DNA of 64,000 bases, from NCBI RefSeq assembly GCF_000738915.1, contig NW_026515636.1, positions 273,175-337,174 on the forward strand, written 5' to 3'. Positions 41,893 to 51,120 of the stretch are shown here, in pieces. Position 1 is the first letter of the stretch. Each line of letters starts with the position of its first letter. Source of the stretch: Nematocida ausubeli. Its lineage: Eukaryota. The notes below the pieces were generated by a model. The model saw only the letters and a program-made list of their open reading frames with translations. It searched no databases and had not been told where the DNA came from. The position numbers were made by a program, and so were the translations under genes.

Positions 41893-44800
41893 ATGGGGGA
41901 TAAAGAGAAAGAAGGTAAAGCATCTCCAGTATTAGATAAAGTATTCTCACCAAAGATTGATGAGTCATTATACTCTAGACAGATATATGTAATGGGTAAT
42001 GAAGCCATGAAGAGAATGCTTTCTTCGCATGTACTTGTGCTTGGCTTAAGGAATGCAGGCTTAGAGTTAGTTAAAAACATTGTATTGGCAGGCATTAAGA
42101 CTGTCTCCATATATGATCCAACTCCCTTGCAGGCTGAGTATTTAAGCACATTATTCTACTGCACTGAGTCAGACATAGGGGACCGAATTGACAAATCAGC
42201 GGAGTACAAGCTGAAGGAGCTTAACACAAATGTAAAGATACAGATATTGCAAGAATTGCCAAGTGATGAAGACCTGCGGCAGTATAGCGCAGTTATTCTC
42301 AACGACCATTCAATTGCACATCAAATTCAGGTGAATGAGGTGTGCAGGCAATACAGCGTGCCCTTCATAGCAGTGCAGTGTAGGGGGCTTTTCTTCCAGA
42401 TATTTTGTGACTTTGGGGATGCCTTTGTTACAATGGATACAAACGGAGAGGCGCCTTATATTGGGACGATTAAGTCAGTCACACCCACAGGAATAGTAAG
42501 CCTAGTGGAGGAAGAGAGGCACTCCTTGGAGGATGGAGATACAATTCAGATTAAAAGCAAAAATGCAACGTATACAGTTACAGACACAAAAGCCTTCACT
42601 TTTTCATTAGAAAGATATTCAGGTGAAGATCTTCTTGGTCAGACATTTGAGCAAATAAAACAGAAAAAGGTAATCTCATGCAAATCGCTCAAAGAGTCAA
42701 TTGCGCATCCAGAAATCCAGTCGGAAGACAAGATCTCTCACCTGCTCCACACGTGCTTTACGTTTGAGGGGGAAACATCCTCACATGACGAGACTATTAA
42801 TGCGTATTTGCAGAAATATCCAACAGAAATAGAAAACGTCCCAATTATCACAGAGTTCTTCAGACAGCCAAAGACTACAATTGCACCCATTGCATCTGTT
42901 GCAGGAGGAATTGCAGCACACGAGGTACTCAAGGCATGCAGCAGCAAGTTCACACCCCTCCACCAATTCATGTACTACAGCGCTCTGGAGCTCCTTCCAC
43001 CATTGAAGAGTGCCAAGGAGGCAGAGCAAAAGAGCCATGCGTCTGAAGGTGAAAACAATGCTAGTAATAGCCCAGCTAAAGCAACTAGGTATACTCCTCT
43101 TCTGCAAATATTTGGAGAGAGTGCAGTGCAGACTCTTTTTAAGGCTGGTATATTCATAGTTGGAGCAGGTGCTATAGGATGCGAGCACATCAAGAACATC
43201 TCTATGCTGGGGGTGGGCCAGAATGGGTCAATTGCAATAACAGACATGGATGCAATTGAAAGGTCAAATTTAAATAGACAGTTCCTCTTTAGGCCACATG
43301 ATATTTCAAATATGAAGTCTGTTGTGGCAGCCAGAGAGGCAGAGGCCTTAAACCCAACCATCCACAATAGAATCATTCAGTCATACACAAGTAAGGTAGG
43401 GAAGGAAACAGAGTGCATCTTTAACGATGAATTCTTTGGGAAGACAAACCTAATCCTAAATGCACTTGATAATGTTGAGGCCAGGCTGTACATTGACAAT
43501 AGATCAGTGTACCACAAGGTGGCTGTGATTGATTCAGGCACTCTTGGGTCAAAGGGCCATACCCAGGCGATTATCCCACATGTAACAGAGCACTACGGGA
43601 ACAGCAATGATCCACAGGAGAAATCCATTCCTCTTTGCACCATAAGAAACTTCCCCTACCTGCCAGTGCATTGCGTAGAATGGGCTCTTGCTGACTTCAA
43701 GACACTTTTCTTTGAAAGAATAATTGAAGCAAAAAGGTCGATTTCAGAAGCTGGAGTGGATGCGCTTTCTGAGGCAGCATGTGATCTCATAAACAATATC
43801 CCAATGTCACCCAAGGAGGCAGCTGGATATGCTGTGCGCCTGTTTGTTGAGCGGTTTATTGTGGGGCCAATGAAACTCTGTGAGTCATTCCCCCGAGACC
43901 ACATAACAGAGGAAGGAACACCGTTCTGGGTGCCCCCAAAGAAGATGCCCCGTGCTGAAGCCCTTTCTTTAACAGATCCATGGCACATGGGATACATCAG
44001 AAGTACATATGACCTGGTGCTTCGAACATTCTCTGTTGAAGGCAGCCTGTCATTTGAAGGGGCCTTGCTGGAATACTTCCAAGGGAAAAATACGTCCAGT
44101 AGTGCAGAAGAAGGCAATACCCCAGATATTTCTCAAATTAAAAATGAAGATGTATCTAGAGTCGTGGACAAGCTGCGCACTGAAATGATGGGCCGCGCAG
44201 ACCCTGCAAGAGACACTTCTGGGGTTGATCTCTCCTCTATAAAGCTAGAAGAAGAAGAGTTTGAAAAGGACTCAGAAGTGAATGGCCATGTGGAGTACGT
44301 GGCGTGCGCCTCAAATATTCGAGCTAGAATGTATGGAATAGACACATTAGACCGCTTGGAAGTAAAGAGAATATCCGGCAGGATTATCCCAGCAATTGCA
44401 ACTACAACTGCAGTGGTCTCTGGGCTAGCAGTCATTGAAGGAATGAAGTACCTTCTGCACCATAAAGCAGAAGAAGCCAATTCAGAAGACTCCCGCCTAG
44501 ATATATACCGGAACACTTTTGTCTCGCTTGCTCTTCCTCTGGTCATGAGCAGTGAGCCCATCCAGCCCGTGAAAGAGAAAGTGCCTCTCCCAGCAGGCGA
44601 GATCACGGTTGGCCCATGGGACGTGATTGAGATGCAGGATGCACCTCTCTCTGAAATAATGAAGACCCTAGGAAACCAGTGGGGCGTAGAAATACACACA
44701 GTAATGAGTGACTTAACTGTTTTATACTGCTCTTTCTACAATGTAGCCAAATTCAAGGAGAATTTAGACAAAAAGCCGTCCCAAATTCTCTATCCCTCCG

Positions 44801-44916
44801 GTGTGCCAATGGGTGTGCAGTCTGTTAGAGTAGACATGGTAGTGGAGGGAGAGGATGGAAATGACTTACCCGTCCCATTCGTAAAGGTGTTGTTTAAAGG
44901 ACAAGGCACCTCATAA
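41893..44916 (+). CDS. UBA1: Ubiquitin-activating enzyme E1
   Basis: IDESLYSRQIYVMG, VGAGAIGCE, SNLNRQFLFR, catalytic SIPLCTIRNFP, GRIIPAIATTT. Confidence 0.97.
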   Translation: MGDKEKEGKASPVLDKVFSPKIDESLYSRQIYVMGNEAMKRMLSSHVLVLGLRNAGLELVKNIVLAGIKTVSIYDPTPLQAEYLSTLFYCTESDIGDRIDKSAEYKLKELNTNVKIQILQELPSDEDLRQYSAVILNDHSIAHQIQVNEVCRQYSVPFIAVQCRGLFFQIFCDFGDAFVTMDTNGEAPYIGTIKSVTPTGIVSLVEEERHSLEDGDTIQIKSKNATYTVTDTKAFTFSLERYSGEDLLGQTFEQIKQKKVISCKSLKESIAHPEIQSEDKISHLLHTCFTFEGETSSHDETINAYLQKYPTEIENVPIITEFFRQPKTTIAPIASVAGGIAAHEVLKACSSKFTPLHQFMYYSALELLPPLKSAKEAEQKSHASEGENNASNSPAKATRYTPLLQIFGESAVQTLFKAGIFIVGAGAIGCEHIKNISMLGVGQNGSIAITDMDAIERSNLNRQFLFRPHDISNMKSVVAAREAEALNPTIHNRIIQSYTSKVGKETECIFNDEFFGKTNLILNALDNVEARLYIDNRSVYHKVAVIDSGTLGSKGHTQAIIPHVTEHYGNSNDPQEKSIPLCTIRNFPYLPVHCVEWALADFKTLFFERIIEAKRSISEAGVDALSEAACDLINNIPMSPKEAAGYAVRLFVERFIVGPMKLCESFPRDHITEEGTPFWVPPKKMPRAEALSLTDPWHMGYIRSTYDLVLRTFSVEGSLSFEGALLEYFQGKNTSSSAEEGNTPDISQIKNEDVSRVVDKLRTEMMGRADPARDTSGVDLSSIKLEEEEFEKDSEVNGHVEYVACASNIRARMYGIDTLDRLEVKRISGRIIPAIATTTAVVSGLAVIEGMKYLLHHKAEEANSEDSRLDIYRNTFVSLALPLVMSSEPIQPVKEKVPLPAGEITVGPWDVIEMQDAPLSEIMKTLGNQWGVEIHTVMSDLTVLYCSFYNVAKFKENLDKKPSQILYPSGVPMGVQSVRVDMVVEGEDGNDLPVPFVKVLFKGQGTS

Positions 44917-45099
44917 ACCATCTTACAAGGATATATGCTACGTATCTAGCACACTGTTCAATAAATACGAAACATCTACTCTCTTTCACACCAATATATT
45001 CACTATCCATGGACTATGCAAAGAAGCACCATATATTAGTCATTACTCTATCCCATATGAACTATATCTCATACGTAAATTCTCTAAATCTCTACCAAA

Positions 45100-45220
45100 T
45101 ATAACCAAGAATTATTACACATAGTGTATTAAGTTATGTCACATATTATGACTAATTACAACACAAATATAACTAAGAATTATTACACATAATGTATTAA
45201 GTTATGTCTAATTAGCCATA
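45100..45220 (-). repeat. palindromic-unit array (two ~69-bp spaced copies); left edge of repeat domain 2
   Basis: AAGAATTATTACACATA(G/A)TGTATTAAGTTATGTC at ~45107 and ~45175. Confidence 0.8.
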
Positions 45221-45262
45221 ATTTATTCCATTAATATAAATATATATTTTTTTTGTTCCCAT

Positions 45263-46783
45263 ATGGATATCCTAGAAGAGACAGAGAAGACAACCAGATT
45301 AAACGGGAATAAAGAAGAAAACACAAAAGTGCTCATAGATATGATAGACCTAACAGAAACAACATCCCATGCATTGGAAATAATCCATAAAATGAGTAAA
45401 AAAAAGGGAAACTTCAAAGAAGCCCTTAATAAAATGATACTCCATGCATATAACAAGTACATGCACTTAAGCACAACAGAAATCCAGCAAGATTCATATA
45501 AAAACCCAATATACTTAGATATAAATATGATTAGGCCTAATACATCAATGGATAACCATATTATAAGCGTATTAGGCAGCAGTCTAGACGTAGATATAAG
45601 TGGGTATGCAGAAGAATTGGATAAGTCAGGGTATAACCAGATTATATCCCAGCCACAGACAGATTTAACAAAAAATAACCAAACCACAGGTAAATCTGAC
45701 ACCACAGAAAGTGAATTCCTTAAATTCCTTAAGAGCCTTCTGAAAATAGTCGAGGGTTCGATTCACATGGAATACTTAAGGCTCTTTATTTCGGATGCAA
45801 TTAAGCAAATATTCCTCTCCGAAAATAATACGACTGCATGTCTTAACACTCTGTATGCCATAAATCCAGAAACATTCTCATCGTTGAATATTCGTGACAT
45901 ACTTACATTTCAGTTAGAACAAATGAGGATTGCCATTTTGAGCAATAATTTAATTAAGGCAGAAAATATCTTAAAAAGAATCTCAATTAAAAATATAAAA
46001 AATAACGGATTATTCAGTTATTTCCTAAATAGGATAATATTCATATATTCCCATTATGGTAACTATTTAGAACTCTCACATATTTTTAATTACCTAAAGA
46101 ATAATGAGATTTTTGACTTCCTCACACGGCAGCAACTAATTACACTCTCCATGCTCTATGCCATCCTGAGCCTAGACAAGGAATTAGTCCCAGCCAGGCT
46201 TATGATCCATAATATAATCAGTTGTAAATTATCAGATAATAATGATTACCAAATTGGGAAATATTTCATTAATAATATTTTAATTAACATTAATTTTGAT
46301 ATTATCATAAAAAGAGTCATAAGCCTAGGTGTCCACTACTTTTTGCACTTCCTAAAATACGTTAAATATAATATTATACTGTACAATATTAACGTAATAA
46401 GTTTCCACTACAGTAAAATAAGAATCTCACAGGCCGCAGAAATAACAGGCACACAGAAGCACGAGATATTAATAATCCTGCAGGAAATGATACGTAATAG
46501 AACTGTATATGGGAATATTGTAGAGAACATGGATATTGTTGAATTTGAAAATAAAAAAGAAATGGAAGTTGGAGGAGTCGAACTTGCAAGTGAAAAGGTC
46601 CGGGAGAGACTTAATGAGATAGGAATTACTTTGGATAAAACTAAAGATAACCTAGGGGGAGTTGAACTTGCGGCTAGAATTAGGGAGTGCCCAGGGGTTG
46701 ACTCTATTGAGGCATGGAGCAGAAGGATTGAAGCATGCTTGGATGGAATTATAAAGATAAATCATAGCATGAATGGTATATGA
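45263..46783 (+). CDS. RPN5: 26S proteasome lid subunit Rpn5/PSMD12, AT-biased and divergent
   Basis: LEQMRIAILSNNLIKAENILKRISIK, PCI winged helix YNINVISFHYSKIRISQAAEI...IVEF, terminal IEAWSRRIEACL...INH. Confidence 0.78.
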   Translation: MDILEETEKTTRLNGNKEENTKVLIDMIDLTETTSHALEIIHKMSKKKGNFKEALNKMILHAYNKYMHLSTTEIQQDSYKNPIYLDINMIRPNTSMDNHIISVLGSSLDVDISGYAEELDKSGYNQIISQPQTDLTKNNQTTGKSDTTESEFLKFLKSLLKIVEGSIHMEYLRLFISDAIKQIFLSENNTTACLNTLYAINPETFSSLNIRDILTFQLEQMRIAILSNNLIKAENILKRISIKNIKNNGLFSYFLNRIIFIYSHYGNYLELSHIFNYLKNNEIFDFLTRQQLITLSMLYAILSLDKELVPARLMIHNIISCKLSDNNDYQIGKYFINNILININFDIIIKRVISLGVHYFLHFLKYVKYNIILYNINVISFHYSKIRISQAAEITGTQKHEILIILQEMIRNRTVYGNIVENMDIVEFENKKEMEVGGVELASEKVRERLNEIGITLDKTKDNLGGVELAARIRECPGVDSIEAWSRRIEACLDGIIKINHSMNGI

Positions 46784-46827
46784 GATGAATAAAGTCATTT
46801 GTTTAGCTTTTTATTATATTTTATAGA

Positions 46828-47245
46828 TGGGGATTAAGTCTTGTCATTTTGGGCATAAGTTGTGAACTATGTGTAATATATTTTGGTAAAGTGTATTAAG
46901 TCTTGTACTAAGTGTAAATAGTCTTGATAGATTTATAAAAAGTGGATTAAATATTGACATATTTGGATTATGTTCTGCACTAAGTGGAAATAGTCCTGTC
47001 ACCCTCTGTATAATGTGGAAATAGTCCTGTCACCCTCTGTATAATGTGTAAATAGTCCTGTCATATTTACCATTACTTTTTCAACACAGTCCATAAGTTC
47101 TGCCACTTCTATCATTATTTATTCCACTAGTGCTATAAGTCCTGCATATCCCCACTAATTACAACACAAATCCATTACTTTTTCCAACCACACCATAAGT
47201 CCTGTCATATATTACACAATATATTCCACTAGTGCCATATATTCT
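46828..47245. repeat. monomer array (G-rich, with a 31-bp tandem duplication at ~46984-47063) followed by C-rich palindromic units
   Basis: GTGGAAATAGTCCTGTCACCCTCTGTATAAT twice plus a partial copy; CCACTAGTGC units. Confidence 0.8.
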
Positions 47246-47280
47246 GCATATAATGACACAACTTTTTCCTAAATATTTTC

Positions 47281-47598
47281 ATGGATATAATCATTAGGGT
47301 GACTGAGTCCGCATACAACAGCAAGACAAATCTGCAACCAGAAATAGCCAGAATCCTAGCCAGAAAGAGACCAGGCACATACGTAATAGACATATCACAT
47401 GATAATAGACTAATTACAACGGACCCAAATATATTTGATGATAATATACAAGGGGGTACCACAGGAATGTATCTGCCGCCTGAATACTTCACAGATAACC
47501 CAGATATAAGACCCAGGGACCCAGATAATGATGAATTGCAGCCACCAGGTAGGGATACAGGATGGGAAAAGAGAAAGTGGAGGGATGAGTTTATATAA
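47281..47598 (+). CDS. PI31/Fub1-like proteasome regulator, minimal form (105 aa)
   Basis: GGTTGMYLPP, PDNDELQPPG and C-terminal EFI (HbYX-like) resemble the proline-rich tail of PI31. Confidence 0.65.
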   Translation: MDIIIRVTESAYNSKTNLQPEIARILARKRPGTYVIDISHDNRLITTDPNIFDDNIQGGTTGMYLPPEYFTDNPDIRPRDPDNDELQPPGRDTGWEKRKWRDEFI

Positions 47599-47599
47599 G

Positions 47600-48212
47600 C
47601 CATAAGTCTTGGATATTTTGGCATGACTTATGGCACTAGTGGATTAAGTCTTGATATAATTGACAGGACTTAATATGTGGGTGTAATAAGTAATGAATAT
47701 GTATTGTATTTAATCATATATGACAAGACTTATGGATAGTGTGGAATAAGTAATGAATAAATTGACAAGACTATTTCCACATCATACAAGACTTAATACA
47801 CTCTGTACAGAACTTAATCCGCTTTGACAAGACTTAATCCCACTATATACAATACATTCCATCTATAATACAATATACAATACATTCCATCTATAATACA
47901 ATATAAAATATACATTCCATCTATAAAACTATTAATCCTTTATTATTTTCTATCCTCATTAATCCATCTTATTATTATTTGGGTTTCCATTATTATAGCA
48001 CCATAAACCCATGGCTAGTTAGACAGAACATATTACGCAAGTGACAAGATATATTACGCAAGGACAAGACTATTTCCACTTTGACAGGACATATTACGCG
48101 AGTGACAAGACTATTTCCACTTAGTGCATAATTTAATCCACTTTTTATAAACTTGACAAGACTTAATCCTAATCACCAGAATATATTCCCAGTAGTACAA
48201 GACTTAATCCTA
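47600..48212. repeat. G-rich palindromic units, reverse monomers, and a 28-bp tandem repeat (47846-47926)
   Basis: 47629-47755 is nearly identical to 19322-19448; TATACAATACATTCCATCTATAATACAA about three times; GACAAGACTATTTCCAC copies. Confidence 0.85.
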
Positions 48213-48231
48213 TGCTCATTCTTCACTCTCT

Positions 48232-48963
48232 TTAATGCCCATTATTGAAGTGATATTTTAATCCATTCGCATTCTTGTATCTCTTCCCGCACCCAGGCAC
48301 ATCACAAGCATATGGCTTCTCACTCTCCATTCCACCCCCAGTGTGTCCCTTGCTCATGTGATACTTCAACCCATAAGCAGATGTATATTTCTTATTGCAC
48401 CCAATATGAGTGCACTTAAAGGGTCTCTTTTTATCTTCATCTTCATAATGCGTCTCCCCCATCATTTCCACCTCCGCATCCATATCAAAGTCACGGACTA
48501 CAATGGGTGGCAGTAATACACCAAGTGATAATGACTCAGACTGTAATATAGTATTATAAAAGGCAGTTGGCTTAGAATAGTCATATGTTAATGTGTTATC
48601 ATTAAATACAACAGTAGGTACTTGTACTATATCTGTATGTGTATCACCACCGTACCACTTTACGTATTGTTTTCCTTTCTTTTCTGTTGAAATGAACTTA
48701 TAATGTGACTGTTCATAGTGTGAGACTAAGTCATGCAGTGTTGGTAATGAAATACCACAGCATTGGTAGTTGCTGTCTAATTGGTCATCTTGCAGTTTAT
48801 CTTTGAAGGTGAATGGGGATGGGGATTGTGTTGTATCGATGGGTGTTGGTATTTTAAGTGATATATCTGTGTCTGTTACGGATGATTCTAGTGCTTTATC
48901 AATTGATTCGTATTCTAATGGGATTGGTCTTCTTTTTTCTCTTTCTTTGTTCTCTTTGTTCAT
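48232..48963 (-). CDS. SFP1: Sfp1-like C2H2 zinc-finger transcription factor
   Basis: CCGISLPTLHDLVSHYEQSH; RPFKCTHIGCNKKY...GLKYH; KPYACDVPGCGKRYKNANGLKYH. Confidence 0.88.
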   Translation of the reverse strand: MNKENKEREKRRPIPLEYESIDKALESSVTDTDISLKIPTPIDTTQSPSPFTFKDKLQDDQLDSNYQCCGISLPTLHDLVSHYEQSHYKFISTEKKGKQYVKWYGGDTHTDIVQVPTVVFNDNTLTYDYSKPTAFYNTILQSESLSLGVLLPPIVVRDFDMDAEVEMMGETHYEDEDKKRPFKCTHIGCNKKYTSAYGLKYHMSKGHTGGGMESEKPYACDVPGCGKRYKNANGLKYHFNNGH

Positions 48964-49079
48964 ATTTTACTCCTTCTGAATTTATTTAAATAAATATGAA
49001 TGATGAAAGGAGGTGGGGGCAGGGGTATTGTAGGAATATGAATAAGGGGAATATATTAATATTATGTAATATTGGGAAT

Positions 49080-49565
49080 AGATTATGGTAGAAGGGGAAT
49101 AAGTCGTGTAATATGTGTAATAAATTGTGTACTATGTGGAATAAATTGTGACTAATTGGGAATAAGTCTTGTCATTTTTGGGATTGGATGGATTAATTCT
49201 TGACTAATTGGGAATATATTATGACATGGTGGAATAAATTATGGATGGAGGGGAAATAGTCTTGTTTAAATTATAGAAAGTGGATTAAGTCTTGACACTG
49301 CGTAATAAGTCTTGATAAAGTGGATTAAGTTCTGATAAAGTGCGTAATAAGTTCTGACACATTTTATAAACGTGGAAATAGTCTTACCCAGAATACTACC
49401 AAAACATATTACACATAGTATATTAAGTTCTGTCATATTCACTATAGCTTATTACCCATAGTGTACTATATTCTGTCATAAAATATGACTAATTACAGCA
49501 TAAATATGACCACGACATATTACACACAATATATTAAGTTCTGTCATATTCACCATGACTTATGC
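49080..49565. repeat. monomer array (G-rich to ~49385) followed by C-rich palindromic units
   Basis: GTGGATTAAGTCTTGAC and GCGTAATAAGT copies; CATATTACACATAGTATATTAAGTTCTGTCA units. Confidence 0.8.
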
Positions 49566-49604
49566 CATTATAAATTATAAATAGTAAAATATTTTATTTA
49601 TTCC

Positions 49605-50411
49605 ATGGACAATGAACAGAGAAGAGAAAAAGACAAACAAAAATTATTCTTAATTAACGAAGAAATAAAAATCTTAGAAAAAGAAAAAGAAATGGATACG
49701 AATTTTATGATAGAAATCCAAGATAAAAAAGAAATTAAAAAAAGAATAAAACAAAAATCAAAAACAGTCTCAGTTAATGATAAAACAAAAAATAACAGTA
49801 AATTAATTAATAATCAGGTGATTAATTCATTAAATTCATTAATTTTTGAATTAATTAATTTACCGCTAGAATATATTTTAATTAACTCTAATAAGATGGT
49901 TCTGACAGAAGAATGGAAGGTGTCCCAGCTGGAAAAGGAAGTGGTGAAGAATCAAAAATACGTTATGGATTTAATTAGCAAAAAACTATTCTTAGAGGAA
50001 AAAACTGTAGGGATATTTCCAAATGTGGAAATTGCCAAAAGAGGAATAACAAAAAGCAATCAAATCAAAAGAAACACCCTGAAAGAGCTAATTAGTAAAA
50101 TATCCGGGAAACCAGATTATTTCCCAATAAAGAGTAATCAAAATGTTCCTATAAAACAAAACAACAACCAGGATCCTGACCGTTATAAAAATATTCTTAA
50201 CTTATTCTCATTAATGCGTGCGAATAAGAGCAAAATCCGTTATAAAATCCAAAGCAAAAAGTTTCAAAACCAAAATCACTCTTCTCACAATATTTTCATT
50301 GAGAAAAACAAAGACGGAATACCTGAACTAATTAAATATAAGAATAATAAGGCATTAGTTAATGAAGAGAAAAACAGAAAGCAAGGAAAAAATAATAATA
50401 ACACAGGATAA
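49605..50411 (+). CDS. very AT-rich (K/N/I) hypothetical protein (268 aa)
   Basis: Long ORF in AT-rich DNA with TTTTATTTATTCC-ATG start context. Confidence 0.7.
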   Translation: MDNEQRREKDKQKLFLINEEIKILEKEKEMDTNFMIEIQDKKEIKKRIKQKSKTVSVNDKTKNNSKLINNQVINSLNSLIFELINLPLEYILINSNKMVLTEEWKVSQLEKEVVKNQKYVMDLISKKLFLEEKTVGIFPNVEIAKRGITKSNQIKRNTLKELISKISGKPDYFPIKSNQNVPIKQNNNQDPDRYKNILNLFSLMRANKSKIRYKIQSKKFQNQNHSSHNIFIEKNKDGIPELIKYKNNKALVNEEKNRKQGKNNNNTG

Positions 50412-50434
50412 CGTATTTATAATGAATTATATAA

Positions 50435-50640
50435 AGTGGATTAAGTCTTGTCAGTTTTGGGATAGGGCGGATTAAGTCTTGGTGAAGTGGATTAAGTCTT
50501 GGTGAAGTGGATTAAGTTCTGTACAGATGGAAATAGTCTTGTCAAAGTGGATTAAGTCTTGTCATTTTCGGGATAGGGCGGATTAAGTCTTGTCCGATTT
50601 ATAAAAAGTAGAATAAATTATGTACTAAGTGGAATAGATT
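50435..50640 (+). repeat. monomer array
   Basis: About eight G(T/C)GGATTAAGTCTTG copies, including a 20-bp tandem duplication. Confidence 0.88.
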
Positions 50641-51120
50641 GTGGTTATTTTATAATATCATGGGAATACGTTATAGCATAATAAGGTGTAATAAGTCTTC
50701 GGGTTATATTATGGATTAAATTACTATAATTATAGTGTATATGCCATAATATATTTATAGTATGTATACTGTGCTATAATTAGTCATATTTAGTATATGT
50801 GTGTGCTATAGTTAGTGCATATATGCTATAATTTGCCATATTTCAGCAGAATTGGCCATGTCCCGTTATAATTAGTAACACTTCAATATATGTGGTGTAT
50901 ATTGTGTTATAATTAGTATATACCCCATATACTTATACTCTCCATGTAATAGTGCACTTTTAATGATAATGGTATCCCCCCCTTGTAGCACTAAAGTACT
51001 ATAATCATATATTCCATTGTACTCCTAATGCATATTAATAAAATACTTCCCCTATTTGTTCCCCTGTACTCCTATCTCCTATCCCCTACTGCATATATAA
51101 TAATTATAACACAGGACTGT

